Source of the DNA: Geosiphon pyriformis uo1 | Taxonomy: Eukaryota; Fungi; Glomeromycota | DNA: 64,000 nucleotides | Direction: 5' to 3' | Assembly: GCA_016748015.1 (NCBI GenBank) | Contig: JAAOMT010000597.1 | Location: 186,001 to 250,000, forward strand | Shown: one piece after another, positions 23,801-38,468 of the stretch | Layout: each line of letters opens with the position of its first letter | Numbering within the stretch: the first letter of the stretch is position 1 | Position numbers and translations under genes: made by a program | Notes under the pieces: generated by a model | The model's input: the letters and a program-made list of their open reading frames with translations, nothing else | The model's database searches: none | Told to the model about the DNA's origin: nothing

Positions 23801-26800
23801 AATAACAAGAAAAAAAAGAAAAGAGAAAAACTTATCTGGAATGCTGACCAAAACTGAGAAACCCACAATGATTAGGACAAATTATCAACAACTTGGGAAT
23901 GGAAAGAGAATAAAAGAAAAGAAAAAGAGAAAGAGAAAGAAGAAAATTCCATACCAACCCTTATTTACTCTACATATACGTATACAACATCACAATCAAG
24001 CTATTATTGCCCAAAACTCATATGCATCAATTGTGGCAAGAAATTGTTATCAATGGGTGTGTGTTGTGACAACGAGGAGGAATACTCAACAGTGACCAAA
24101 TTCTATTGTTGCACATGTGTCATAGAATGCTTTGAACATTCAAAACAAAAAGAAAAATGAGACAATGAACCATGCTTGGCTTGTAGAGAAACTCTTCTGG
24201 ATAAAGGAATATAGAATGACATTCCTGGATGAAGAGGAACATATGACAAATCATGTTAATACACGATTCTCATAAGTGATTGGGTAAGAAAAAGAATGCC
24301 TATAGACACCATCTGGAGACAAGCTGTCAAATGTCTGGACAAATGTCCACATGATGATGACAAAATCTGGTAAATGGCACTTGCCAAAATCAAAGGAGTG
24401 ACCCCAGAAGAAATAAAAACAATCAAAGACAACCCACTTGAACCCATAGAACTTGACTGGGATTCAAAACCAGTCATAAATCTACTAGATCCAGAACAAT
24501 TCCACAAACACTACCAGGAATTAGCACCCACTAGAGAGGAACAAGAGCAACAGTTAGAAGAAATTAATATTCGATTATGTGACTATTGTTTAATTCCCTG
24601 TGACTTCCAATATTGTAATAAGTATGATCTCATTTACAATCTACCACCATGTATGATCTACACAATCCCAAAGGAAGAAGAACCAATCAGCAGCTGTGCA
24701 TCAGAATCGGAATCAATTCCCAATCCCGATTCAGACTCCAACAATGATGATAATAAAAATAACAGTTCCAGCTCTATTCAAAATGGCAATAACAATGACA
24801 ATGATTCCAACTCAGATTCAAACTCCGATTCAAACTACAAACAATATATCACACTTCCTGACCTCACTAAGGAGCAGGAACTAAAATGGTTCAGCAATAA
24901 TAATGAAAGTATTATGTCAGAATGCATGCATGATACCAATACAGGGTTTGATCTAAGATATCCTGGGAAAGATCCCATTAAATTGGAACCACATTCGCAT
25001 ACTTGCATCAATCTGAAAATAGCACTGGAAATTCTAATAACAACAATAGTTTAACTAGCATCCAGAAGTAGTTTAGCAAAAAAGAGAATTAACATTAGAG
25101 GAGGAATAATTGATGCAGAATATGTAAGAAATATCATTGCTATGCTACAAAATGATTCAGAAAAGGCATATACCATAGATCCAAATAAAAAGATAGCACA
25201 GGTAATATTTCTATCTCTAGTGAAAATAGCTCAATTAGTGTTAGTGAAAAACAGAGAGGAATTAGGGATTACAGCTAGAGGAATACAGGGATTCGGATCA
25301 ACAAGTAGAATAAATATACCAGTCAATATGACAGAAGAAGAAATTGTTGACAAAGAAGAAATTATCTCAACCTGTCAAGCAATTTCCATTCCACCATATA
25401 ACCAGTATATGTTAGCCATAAAAAAAGAAGTAAAAGATCAAGTTCAATTGTTTGAAGCAGAAGCCACTATTTGTGAATCAGGAGAGATTGGACTCACCAA
25501 TCTCTACATCTCAGCCAACAGCCCCAAAAATATTAAAATTCTCATTCACAACACAACTGGAAACATCATTGAAATACCAAAGAGAACCATCATTGAATAT
25601 TTAACCACTGAAGTTGAGAATCAACCACCAAACCACATTCCAGATTTTTCACAACTGTGTGAATATGTGAACATCATATTACAAACCATCTATGGATGAA
25701 GTGAATGCTATCTGCTCCAACCAGAACAATTGGAACAGATAAACATGGCAAATTTAGACCCACTCCAACAGATACAACTAAAGATGTTACTCAGCAACTT
25801 TAATAACATTTTTGCTAGCAAAAATGAATTTGGCCACACCAACATCATCCAGCATCAGATCAAAACTGGAGATGGAATGCCAATTAAACAAAGAGCATAC
25901 AGAGTACCACCAGCTAGCCATGAGATCATTCATCAAAAAATCAATCAGATGCTTGACAATGAGCTAATTCAGCCATCAATGAGTTTATGGTCATTACCAG
26001 TGATACTAGTCCAGAAAAAGAATAGAAAAATTTGCTTTTGTGTAAATTACTAGAAATTGAATAGAGTAACCAAGAGAGACAGCTACTCAACTCCAAAGAT
26101 CCAAGAACTATTCAATGCTTTTGGAGGAAACAAATGGTTCTTGACACTGGATCTAAATAGTGGCTACTGACAAGTAGCCATGGATCCAGCTGACAAAGAA
26201 AAAACCATATTTACAACAAGAGAAAGGAATTTCGAATTTGAAGTCATGCCATTTGGCTTGATAAACACTCCAACAACATTCCAACAGCTTATGGAAATTG
26301 TATATACTAGACTACTATGGAAATTAGTAGTCATATACTTAAATGACACCAATGTATTCTCAAAAACATTTGATAATCATCTGCATCACCTTCAGCAGGT
26401 GTTTGAAAGACTAAAAAGAGCTGGATTGAAACTAAATGCAATAAAGTGTTTCTTTAAAAAAACTAAACTCAAGTTTTTGAGACATGTTATAAGCAAAAAT
26501 GATATCAAAACGAATCCAAATAAGATTGCAATAGTAAAAAACTTTTCAGTACCAACAAACTTGTCAAAACTAAGGGCATTTTTGGGATTTGCAGGCTATT
26601 ATCACTGCTTTATCAAGGACTTTTCCAAACTAGCTCAGCCACTTCACCAGCTACAAACTAAGAATGTAAAGTATGAATAGACTGAAGCTTAACAAAAAGC
26701 ATTTGACACATTGAGAAGAAAGCTTATTCAAGCTCCAGTGTTAATGTATCCAGATTACAGCAAATCATTTATCATCACTACAGATGCATTAGGTCAAACA

Positions 26801-27139
26801 TTGGAAGCAGTACTATTGCAGAAAAGACCAGATGGAAGAAAACATCCAGTAGCTTATGCCAATAGAAGCTTAAATCCAGCTGAAAAGAACTATGAAACTC
26901 CAGCACTAGAACACTTAGCAATCTATTGGGCAATCATGAAATAAAGAAAATACTTGAGCCAAAAGTTTGAAATATACATAGATCACAAAGAACTAACTTC
27001 AATTTAGAAACAAGAATTTGCAGACAATCGCCATGCAAGATGGAAAATAGAACTTTTACCATTTAACTATACAGTACATTATAAAAAGGGAAAAGATAAT
27101 GGAAATGCTGATGGATTGTCACAAATGAGACAAATCTAA
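20895..27139 (+). pseudogene. gag-pol: B2 ORF1: Gag-PR-Cys-dUTPase-RT-RNase H, decayed
   Basis: One frame from 20895 to ~23710; after a single A-run slip, one frame to TAA 27137. dUTPase at ~24882-25306 with RGIQGFGST. Confidence 0.93.
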
Positions 27140-27170
27140 AAACATTCCAACCCAAAAATATAACAAAAAA

Positions 27171-28547
27171 ATGAATATACAAAAATACCAACAACTACAA
27201 CATTATATAAAGATTTAATTGTTCAAGGAGAAATTATCTCAAAAAGAACAAAAAGACATAAAACAACAATCCAAATATTTTATTAACCATCAAAATATAC
27301 TTTACTGGAAAAACAAGAAAAATTCAGATCAACCAACCAGAATAATCAAAGAATCAAAAAAAGAGACAATATTATTTAATATATATTTAGACCCAACAGC
27401 AGGGCATTTTTACAAAGAAGCAACCATGGAAAGAACCAGAAAAAGATACTATTGGCCATTAATGTATTTAGACATCATCCAATACGTGCAAAATTGTAAT
27501 GCTTGTTAGAGAAGAGAAAAAGCAAGACCAAGTGAATCATTAAGACCAATTAAAATAGAACAACCATTTGATCGCATTGGAATTGACTTAGTTAGACCAT
27601 TAACAATCACCAGCAGAGACAACAGATATATTGCAGTAGCCATGGACTATCTTACCAAATGGCCAAAAGCAAAAGCCATTCAAAGAGCAGATGCAGAATC
27701 TGTTGCCAAATTTGTTCATCAAGATTTGATTTGTTGACATAGATGTCCAAAAAAACTATTATCAGATCAAGAAACTCACTTTGTGAACAGAACACTGGCA
27801 GAATTAAGTCAAAGATTTGGAATTAAAAGACCATTATCATCACCATATCATCCACAAACCAATGGACTAGTTGAAAAATTCAATAGAATATTGTGTGAAG
27901 CAATTGTCAAAATCAGTCAAGAAAACCAAGATGAATGGAATTTGTTCATACCATCAGTATTATTTGCTTATCAGACAATGAAGCAAGATACCACACAAAG
28001 CAACACCATTTGAACTAGTATATGGTAGAACAGCAATATTACCAGTTGAGATAGAGGTCAATACATATCCAACTGAACCAATAACAGAAAATAATTTTCA
28101 AGAAACATTGTTAAAAAGAACATATGACTTAATGGAAACACTAAAAACAGACAACAAAAAGCAGCTGACAACATACAAAAGTCACAAGAGAAACAAAAAG
28201 AGAGACACAATAACCAACTACCAGACAAACCAGTTGAATTCAAGATTAGAGACAAAGTACTTCTACATCATACTAAAATGGAAAAACAATGGAATGAAAA
28301 ATTTGACCCCAAATGCGATGGACCATTTCACATTGAAGAAATTTTTGGAAATAGAGCTTACAAATTAAGATGGGACAACAAAATCTTAGCCAAAGCAGCA
28401 CATGGTAATCAATTGAAACAATATTACTAGATAGTATTATCATCTACCAATAACATTCTACAACTAGAAGTACAAAGAATACTAGTTCAACCAGATGAGA
28501 TTCCACAAGATCTGGAACCAATCATAGTTATTGAACCAAACACATAA
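27171..28547 (+). pseudogene. B2 integrase, separate ORF
   Basis: ATG at 27171; GHF...CNAC, IGIDL, SDQ, YHPQTNGLVE, DGPF. Confidence 0.92.
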
Positions 28548-28606
28548 AATCAAACAATCAGAGAGTATATAAAGACACAGTATACACAACAAAAGCAATC
28601 AAGAAA

Positions 28607-29242
28607 ATAGAAATACCAGATTATATTCACACTATAGCTCAACAATTGTTTTAGGTCTTAAGTCAACAATAGTTAGACATGGAAATTATCATTAACAACC
28701 AAACAATTTGCTATCGAAACACTAAAAGAAAGACAAAAAACACACCATATTAGCAGATATCAAAGAATGATAAAAACTGGTCAGATAACATAATAGAAAA
28801 AGTAAAAAACACATTTGGGAAAATACCTATTATAGCACCAACAAAAGAACTTACAAAAGAGAATTGAAAGCAATGGACAGGACAACTTTTAATATCATAT
28901 TGTTACTACCAGTTAGGTCGGAAGTTGAATATTCAGGAGTTGTATATCAACAAATCCAAAAAAATATTCAACCAAGACATAATACAGCAAATTAAAGAAT
29001 TTATCGGAAAGAAAATAAATTCAATACTACATGTTAGAACAATGTATTGACTACACAACATATTTTGAAACTATTCAGAAATACTGTTATACTCTGACAT
29101 AGAAACCATAACCATTAACCAATGGGGAAGAATGAACAATACACAAGTGGAAAATGTGAGAAACAGAGTCAAACAAACAATACTTGAAAAAGAAGTATTA
29201 GAATTAATTCAAAACAAAAATTTCGACAGAGCTCAATATTAA
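28607..29242 (+). pseudogene. B2 ORF3, decayed
   Basis: Near-identical to B1 ORF3. Confidence 0.85.
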
Positions 29243-29256
29243 AAAGAAGAAAATAA

Positions 29257-30138
29257 TGTTACTTATAGAAAAGAAAAACAGATATAGGAAAATAGTAGAC
29301 CAATAGGAGAGTAGTAGTTAGCATGTGAACACATTGCTCAGCAATGTGGAGCAATGTCAAAAAATATGGCACATTGCTTAGCAATGTGGAGCAATGTCAA
29401 AAATCACAGCATATTGCTCAGCAATATGGAGCGATGTCAAGAAAATATGGCATATTGCTCAGCAATGTGAACATTACTTAAAAAATTATAGCACATCACT
29501 TGGGAATGTGAGCAATTTCGTAAAACCCAAATTATGTATATATAGTGATAGCATTAGAAGTAGAAAGAACAGACCTCTTAGTTTAGATTTAATCTAAGCA
29601 ATCTTTTATTCACAAATATTAATAAATAATTATTTACTATCTCAATCCACTTTCTACTATCAACACTTTATGTTAATAGTAAGTGATACTTAACCACACG
29701 AGAACAATAGCTCTTGATCATGGCTATTGACAGGAAACTAACTTGCAATTGCTTTCATTTATTTCTTTATTTTTTTCTTTTATTTCTTTTGTTTTGTCAT
29801 TTTGTTGGTTTTACTAAACTGATTAAAAATTAAGCACTGAGTTATTAATATCAAGGATAGCCTGGTAAAAGACTCCAAAGGAAGAGTATAGGAATTGAGA
29901 ATTTAAAGATAGCTTACCAGAAGAACATCTCTGCCAAGATTACTGGCCATTATGCTGAGAAAAAAATTCAACAGAATTGTGATTCTGGGAGGCTATGGAA
30001 AAGACAACACTTGAATTTTTGTCTATTATACAAAGGGCACCACAACAAAACCTTCAGATATCAACACCAGAATACCAACTCAGCACCAAGTTACAGATTT
30101 GTTATTTGACTTGAGACCCCAAATAATCATCTGTAACA
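29257..30138 (+). repeat. B2 3' LTR
   Basis: Purine tract, TGTTA...GTAACA, then CTGG. Confidence 0.95.
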
Positions 30139-30142
30139 CTGG

Positions 30143-30391
30143 TCAAGGAGGAACATGTAACACTTCATGTCAATACACAATTCTCATAAGCAATTGGATA
30201 AGTTATGAGACACCTATAATGGCTGTCTGGCACTTAACAATCTTTCATTTGAACAGCTACTCGCACAACAAAAATGAGATCTGGTAAATAGCCAATGCCA
30301 AATTAGAAGGTGCTTTGCCCAGTAAGATTCTAGAGATAAAAAACAACTCTTCAGAACCAGTTGACATCATCTTTATCCCCAATCCAGATGC
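30143..30391 (+). pseudogene. D ORF1 part 2 (Cys-rich region)
   Basis: GGTCNTSCQYTILIS continues WNDI from before 19972. Confidence 0.85.
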
Positions 30392-31409
30392 TATTACAGA
30401 TAAACTTGGTTGGATAGGGAAATGGTAATGTTTGGTGCTCTCAAGTATTGGTAATACATGTTTTATGTAATTTTAGTAGCTTAATCTTGATTATTAGTTT
30501 CTGAAGGTCTTATTTTACTGGTTGTGAATTTATCTATTGAGTTCTTTGGTTATAAAACACAGAGTTTTGGTTCTTGTTAATTACAACTTCTTATAAAAGT
30601 GAGCTTTTTTTTCTGAGCTAATGAATGCAGTCATTAGGATCTGGTGTTGTCTTTTTGTCCTTCTGATTAGCTATTAAGATAATATTAATATTCAAAAACC
30701 TAGGGAAAGCTTCTTTCTTTTACTAGGCTATCACAAAGTCTATTCTCAGACAGTCAATTTTATTATGTTGCTGCTCCACAAGAAAAAAAATAAAGAAAAA
30801 AAAATAAAAGAAAAGCTAAATTAGTATTGTTAATTGTTATAATCAAGAAAAATTGGTCCAAATCATTAATAGTTTGAAACAATTATGCTAAAAACATCTG
30901 TTTTAAAACAAAGGTATAAAACAATAATTAATTTATGTAAATTTACAAAATTTGAGAACATGAATTTGTAATTCTGATTTCTTAATAATTGATTTATTTC
31001 AGAAAATAAATATAGAATATAATAAATAATAAAGGGATATAGATATTTGATTCTTGTTTAGTAATTTGTATTTATTTGTCTGTTTGTTTCTATTTTCTAC
31101 AACTACTTGTTTTTATACATTTTTTTGGTTTTACAAGATTGCTTCTGATTGTTTTATTATTGCTAACTATTGCTTTGCTATTTTTGTTATTGCTTTGTTC
31201 TTTTACATTATTATTAGTTATCCTATGTTATAACATGTTATCTAGTGTTATTCTGTGTTATTTTGTGTTATCCCACATTGTAATGCATTATTCTGCATTA
31301 TTCTAAGTTATAATGTATTATCCAATGTTATTGCACACTATTCTGTATTATGTTATATTCTGGTTATGTTTCTTTATAACTTCAGATCGGTTTTTCTACT
31401 CAAGTAACA
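30392..31409 (-). mobile_element. Solo LTR E (distinct family, minus strand)
   Basis: T(G>A)TTAC...GTAACA termini, perfect ATGC TSD, no internal domain. The minus strand shows a U3 repeat, U-tract and U5 motif. Confidence 0.88.
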
Positions 31410-31413
31410 ATGC

Positions 31414-32236
31414 ATTTTTAGATATTGAGACAAGTCCAGAGGAATTTCATGAGCATTACCAGAATTTAGCATCAACAAAAGAAGAGCAAGAACAGCACTT
31501 GGAAGAAATAAACACCCAATTATGTGACTATTGTTTGATTTTATATGATTTCCAATATTATAATAAATGTAACCTCATCTACAATCTACTACCATGCATA
31601 ATCTACACAAATCCAGAGAAAGATAAACCAATTAGCAGTTGCAAATTGGAATCGAAATCACTGTTCAATTCCAATTTAAACTCCAACAACAATGACAATA
31701 AAAATAGTGGTTTCAGCTCTGTTCAAAATGGCAATGAAAATAACAATGATTTAAACTTTAATTCAAACTCAGAACAATATATCATGCTTCTTGACCTCAC
31801 TAAAAAGCAGGAACTTAAATGGTTCAACAATAATAATGAAGATATCATGCTAAAATGTGCACATGATACTAATGCAGAATTTGATCTAAAATATCCTAAA
31901 AAAATGCCATCAAATTGGAACTGCATTCATGCACCTATATTGATTTCAAAGTAGTATTGAAAATCTCAGCAACAACAATGATTCAATTAGCATTTAGGAG
32001 TAACTTAGCAAAAAAAAAAATTAACATCAAAAGAGGAATAATTGATGCAGAATATATAAAAAATATCATTGTAATGCTACAAAATAACTCAGAAAAGACC
32101 TATATTATAGAGCCAAATAAAAAGATAATACAGGCAATATTCCTGCCTTTGGTTAAAATAGCTTAATTAGTATTAGTGGGAAACAAGAAAAAATTAAGAA
32201 TCACAGCTAGAAAGATATAGGGTTTCGGATCCATGG
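31414..32236 (+). pseudogene. dut: D ORF1 part 3: Cys-rich end and dUTPase
   Basis: LCDYCL, AHDTNAEFDL, GIIDAEY, GFGS. Confidence 0.87.
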
Positions 32237-33111
32237 TGTTATGGTTTAAGAATTTAACAAAAAAATCATAAAAATAATATAAACTATTCAATCATAATAT
32301 AGTGCAGTAATAATCTTAGAAAGATAATAATTAACATAGTAGCAAACACCATTTTGTGATAATGACAAGCACCAGTTCACAATAGCAGTCAACACCAACT
32401 GGTAATAACAACAAACACCAAGTTGAAATATCAAAAAGAAAGTATTACAATGTGTTTTCTCATAGAACTACAAACATGTATATATACAGTAGCTTTAATA
32501 TTGAGAAAAAAAAAATCAAGTAATAAAAATCATAACTTATCAAGCATTAGATTCAATTTATCTAACAAACTTCACTTTAAATTGTACCTTTAAATTAAAT
32601 ATTTCAAGAAACCTTTAAATCAAAAAGAAATGAAAAAAAATATTTAAAACTGAATTATCACAACCCCAAAGTAGTAAAAAACTCATTTGTGTTAATTATT
32701 GAATGAAACTATCATTCATCAGTTGAATTCCTTGGAAAAATAATCCCTGATCAGGATTATTTATGTTGTTACTAATTGATAAAAGCTTTATTGTGAGAAT
32801 TAGGAAAAATGCTAAAGGCCATTAACATTCTGTGTTTCTAGATTAGAGAAACACATCAGGCAATTGCAAGGATAGCCTCAGAGAAAACTCCAGACAGTGG
32901 ATAGATTTCAGATTAGTCTCTGAGAAAGAGTACATAAACACACACAACAATCAAAAATTGAGAAATAACTTACATCGTAATATTAAAGAGAAAGCCTTTA
33001 GTATACCAGTGACATTATTACACAAATAGAATTAAGGAACTCATGAGAGACTGATTGCAATTAAAACAGAATATTGGCAATTAAATATACCAAGAAAACC
33101 ATTTCATAACA
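32237..33111 (+). repeat. F 5' LTR
   Basis: Direct repeat of 50987-51859. Confidence 0.95.
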
Positions 33112-33193
33112 TTTGGTGAATCCTACGAAGAAAAAAAATCAAAAAGAAAATAATAATTAGCAATAATTTATTGCTAAAAAGAAAGAAACAAAA

Positions 33194-36100
33194 GTGGCGA
33201 CAAAAACTCCTAACCTTACTGTTCTTGAATTCTGCTGTGCTATTTACACACAAAATTAAAGTAATCTTGAATTACCAGAAGGGTGTTGTCCAGCAGAATT
33301 TGCCCTTACTTATTATATCAACGCCAAAATAAATTATCATATAGGAAAGGAAAAAAAACCACATGACACAAAACTTGGATTGTATAGAGAATTATCACAA
33401 TATACTACAAAGGAAGTAACAGTAATAGCCACAACTATTGTCAAAATCCATTGAGAAATTAAGCAATATGCCAACAAAAATTTTCCAATATCCACAGGAA
33501 ATACTAGAGAATGTGCCAACAAAACCAAAGAAAATTTAGAAACTAATCAGAAAAGTAACCAGCAAAAACTAGAAACACCTGCTCAAATACCAAAGAAAAC
33601 TGTCACTCAATCAATAAAAAAACAACATATTTATTCACCAGAAAATAAATCATACTATTTTTCACCAGAAAATAAGATACAAATTCTATTAAGAGCTGCA
33701 TCATCATCAACATCAACTCCACAAATGCCAAAAACTCCTAGTTATACTGATAAAATTAAACAATGTAACTGGAGAGACATACCAATTACAGGAGAATATT
33801 CATTGCTATTTTAAAACCCTCTTTTTCAACCAAAATTTGGAATGGGGTTTGAAAACCGTGAAAAGGAGTCTGAATTGGAATCCAAAAAAGAAACCAGCAA
33901 AAAAACAATTACAAGACTGGTTATTGAAACAAGCAGCCAGTTCAGAAACCAAGAAACTCGTGATCAAGAGGAAGAACCGGATATAAGGAAAGCCACTTTT
34001 AGGAACACTCAAGGAAATATCATCCCACCTCCTCTTAAACCAATAAGCCCACCAGTAGAAAATGGCGATAAAATGGTCACATCATACATTGCAAGATTAA
34101 CAGATTTCTCAGGAGAGGAAGAAGAAACAGACATGCACACATGGCTCAAAGAAGCACAAAAAGCCATCCAGACAAATAACTAGAATGACCAAAAAGCAAT
34201 TCAAACATTATCTTTCTTCCTGAAAGGCACAGCCAACTTGTGGTATCAAAGCCTGAAAACAAAATACACAAGCTTCGTCAAATTTAAAAATGCACTTCTA
34301 GAGTATTTTAGCGACCCAAATGCCATAATCTAACTACAAAACAAATTCAATACTATCAAGTAAGGTACTGGTGAAACTGTTACCCAATACCTTGCTTGAT
34401 TCAATCGAATTTACTGTCAAATTGAAGCGATTGAATAAGAATACTACACTGATCCTCAGGTTTTAAATCAGTTTATTAGAGGATTAAAAAACAGCATTTT
34501 AGGAAAAGTATGCCCTGCCAACCCTAATTCCTTACCAGAAGCTGTTATGCTTGCCAGAGCCCTTGAATCAGCTGAGAAAAAAGCTAACTATAGTCAAATA
34601 GTTAACATAGTAATGGAAGAAAATAAGATAGAAACATTAGAGAAAAGAGTAATGTAATTAGGGGAAGAACTCTCTAAGAAAATAGAAAGTTACTTTATCC
34701 TGGATCCAAGAAAAAATACATACCAACCACTCCAAAAACACAGCCAAGAAGTCAGCAACAGTCAAAATAATCGCTCATTGGGCCAGAAATTCAGAACAGA
34801 AATGTGCACCTGCCATTTTTGCAAATGCATAAGACATTTGATTAGTCAATATCAAATGCGAATGATGCAGGAAGCACACAAAAATAATTATTATGCGCCA
34901 CCCCAAATGCCCAGAAACCAGTACATGCCAATACTATGCCAATATCCTACCATGTATCAAAATCAAGGAACTTACCAGCAACAGCCCATGATAGCCAACT
35001 TAAATTGGCATTCTGAACCCCAAAATCAGCCTATGTAGAACCAGAATGCATTGGTCCAGAAGAATTCAAACTGCACCAGAACCAGTCAGCAAACCAATCC
35101 AAACTACCAAAATTATCAACAAACTTATCTTAATATACCAGAAAATCTAATCATTGGAAACAATGATGGTAGAAACATAAACAGAACCAAAAATTCCTCC
35201 AACAAATTGAGCCAAACAATATCACCAGCAGTTGCCACCGAAGATAGCAGTCTCACAGCTATTTTTCTTTTTGAATTAAAGGAAAACGAGGCTATGTTCA
35301 GTGAAGTGGCATTGGACAAAAAATGCCCAATTACTGCTATATATATGGAAGCCACTATAAACAATACCCCAATCAAACTTATCTTAGATAATGGATCCAC
35401 TGGAAGCATCATAATGCTTCAACTAGTAAACCAACTGGGTTTTAAAGTTGATCATGCCACAATGTCTCAAATCATAACAGCTGATAGAAGTACAAAGCTG
35501 CCTCATAGTGAAATTGACTCATTTCCTTTTGAAATTAATGACATAGTAATACCTACAAAAGTATTAGTAATAGACACTACACAATATCAAGCATTAGTAG
35601 GAAATAACTGGCTAACAAAAGCCAATGCCACCCTAGACTGGACTACCCAAGAGCTTCTGATCAATTATAATGACTACCAGACCAGAATTCCAGCCACCTG
35701 TGGCCACTTCCAAAAACCCAGTACCAACCAAAGACCTATCTTTGAATTTGAGGAAAATCCAGCACTACCAACTATTGAAACCTATTAGCTCTCTTGGGCT
35801 AATAACCAAAAAACAGGACTACCAGCCATACCAACATGGACCAGCGAAGAAAGATCTAAATGGAACCAGGTAAGTTCATGAAGAAACCACCAGCAACACA
35901 GACCAAAGCTAGAATGCTCGGTTTGCAAAAAAAAACTCTCATCTATGACTGCGTACAGTGTACCAGACGAAAACCCAAGAAACCCCACCCACTACTATTG
36001 TAATTGTTGTAACAAAGAAAAATACGGTTACTTAGAAAGACATGGAAAATAGGACGAGAAACTGTGCTTCACTTGTGAAGAACTATTACCAAGAGGGTGT

Positions 36101-36670
36101 GACTGGAACAACATACTAGGCAAAGGAGGAACATATAATGCAACTTGCCAATACACAATCCTCATTTGTGACTGGGTAAAAGAAAGAACACCATTCGAAG
36201 CAGTGTTCAACAGAGCATTAAAAAAACTATAGCACTACCCACACGATAAGGACGAGTTGTACAACACTGCACAGGCCAAAGAAAGAGAAGGAACTGCTGA
36301 AGAAATACAACATTGGAAAGAGTCAGCCAAAGTAACCAATAAAGTCGCCAGCTACAACATGTTCGACCCAGTAGATGAATTCTAGAACTACTACCAACAA
36401 CTATGCTTCACTCAACAAGAGCAAGAACAATACCTCACCCAAATCAACACTTATCTCTGCGAAAACTGTCTTATTCTGTGCCAAAATCAGTGCTGTGAAG
36501 AGTGTCAAGATGAAAAAGACTTAGAAAGAAAAATGGAAATTGAGAATCAGCAGTCTCAAAATCAATCAATAAATCAACAAGACTCACCTGATGATCCCAG
36601 ATCAGAAAAATTTGTAGCCTATACTAACCTAGAACAGGTGATTGACATTCAATACTTTGACAATGGGCAC
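33194..36670 (+). pseudogene. gag-pol: F ORF1 part 1: Gag, protease, Cys-rich domain
   Basis: GTG start; fragments 33842, 34778, 35051 and 36533 are all in the frame of 33194; LILDNGSTGS. Confidence 0.88.
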
Positions 36671-37659
36671 TATTACTGGAGGTTTTTGGTCTCTTTTTTT
36701 GAATGTTGTAACTGTTTGTTGGTTGCAAATTCATGTTTTCTAGAAGTAATTGAACCTCCAATAACTGAATTTATCTTCAAATTATCTCTTATAATTTGAA
36801 CTGCTGGGCTTATAAGTAGAATGGCCAATTCTGTGCCAGTTACTTTGTATAGTTACATTGTAGTAAATGCCAACTCTTTTCCAGGAATTGCTTATCTGGA
36901 AGCTTACTAAAATGTGTAGTTACTTTGCTGTGAAAATCAACCCTTCTACAGAAATTTCATCTGTAGGCTACCCTAATGATTACAATAAGAAAATAAAAGA
37001 AAATAAAAGAAATATAAAAGAAATTGAATTCTGTTAAGGGAAACGTTTTCTATTCAGGCCTGGAGTCACTAACAGTTTACTGAAATTGGTAGTTAATCAA
37101 TTTCAAAACGTTAGTTGGGTTTTGGGGATTTTCCAAGTGCAATAATTAAAAAATTTGGTTTTTCAAATTATTTGATATTTATTTTTTTTTGTGTGTGTAG
37201 GAATGGTTCTAGTGATAAATCTAAAGTAAGATACATTTTCTTAAAGAAAAAAGCTCTTCTTTTATATAACTTGTTATAGTACTAGTCTATGAACTTGCAC
37301 TTTTTCTCTTTGCTTAACTTTTGGCAAACTAAAGATACATTTTGATGAACTACAAGTTATTTTGCTAAACTATTAATTAATTTGGGTAAACTATTCATAA
37401 TTTTGGCAAATTTCTATAAATTTTGGCAAATTTCTTATAAATTTCAGTGAATTTTAGAATGTTACAAAGTTCAAAGTATTGTGTAATTTTATCATCTTAC
37501 TTTTTGTTATACTAATTGGATTATTTAATTGAATCATGATATGTGATAATTGATTAAATAATAAATGATAATTTGAAATGATATTAATATACTAATTAAT
37601 TATAGGAATTATAAGGGTAATTTTCCTGCTAATTAATAGCTAAAATTCTACTAGTAACA
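36671..37659 (-). repeat. G 3' LTR
   Basis: Repeat of 45595-46571. Confidence 0.95.
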
Positions 37660-38347
37660 TAATCTCCTCTTCAAGACTGAGCTCCATCAAAGTCCAAGCA
37701 CTATCTGTGATATTGAGATAGTGATCCAAAATAATTGAAGTAATCTGGTCTGAAAATTGTTGAAATTTCAGTTCTGTAAATTTGCCAATATATTGGACTT
37801 TCATTGGTTGCAGTATTGGATTTTGTAGAACATTTTCACAAGTATTAAACAAATCATAAAGTCTAAAAGCTGCTCTAAGTTTGTAATGAGTGTTTGTTGA
37901 TCCAGCTGCTGTTTTAAATTCATTGTGAATTTGTTTTTGTATAGCTTCAGGAGTAAGATTTGTTGCTTTAAGTTCCAGTTTTTGTTCATAAAGTGTCTTT
38001 CCAATGTGAAAGTATTTATAGATAGGGGTGTGTTCATTGTCTTGTTTATTGAGAAGTAGTAGAAGTTTTTGTTGCATTATAGCATTTGGTGAAATGTCAA
38101 TAGGAGCAATTAAAAAATTTTTTTTCAGTGCTTGCTTCAAAAGTCTTGGTAACATATTTTCAGAATGACTTCTTGTTTTTTTTCTATAAGGGTGATAATT
38201 TTGTGGATGATTTACTACTGGGACTGTGGCTTTTTTCTGAATGTAATTAATTTGACTTTCATTAATTATTATGGATAAGTTAGGAAGTGTTTTCAAGACT
38301 AACATTAACTTTTGAAATATTTGTTGAATATTTCGGAGAATAATCAT
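37640..38347 (-). CDS. G ORF3, uninterrupted 235 aa, unknown function (env position)
   Basis: Open frame with ATG; homologues in A, B, C, D and F. Confidence 0.8.
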   Translation of the reverse strand: MIILRNIQQIFQKLMLVLKTLPNLSIIINESQINYIQKKATVPVVNHPQNYHPYRKKTRSHSENMLPRLLKQALKKNFLIAPIDISPNAIMQQKLLLLLNKQDNEHTPIYKYFHIGKTLYEQKLELKATNLTPEAIQKQIHNEFKTAAGSTNTHYKLRAAFRLYDLFNTCENVLQNPILQPMKVQYIGKFTELKFQQFSDQITSIILDHYLNITDSAWTLMELSLEEEIMLLVEF

Positions 38348-38468
38348 GGTAAAATTGACTAATTATGAAAAGGAAGAATAAAAAAAATTATTTTTAGGTA
38401 TGGGGTTTTATTTTGTAATTATTTACTATTTTTGTCTTTGTGTTTTTATTAAAGAATTATTGTAAAAT

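Larger units (their letters stand above)
19972..30138 (+). mobile_element. Element B2: full-length B-family element inserted in D
   Basis: LTRs 19972-20831 and 29257-30138; TSD CTAG/CTGG. Confidence 0.95.

Noticed and set aside
31076-31306. Very hydrophobic 76-aa ORF as an Env/transmembrane protein
   Set aside because: It is the T-rich antisense reading of the A-rich U3 repeats of solo LTR E, with no homologue in other elements.
37640-38347. Domestication of ORF3 because it is intact in F and G
   Set aside because: The frames are short and Trp-poor, and ORF3 is disrupted in A, B1, B2, C and D, so intactness may be chance.
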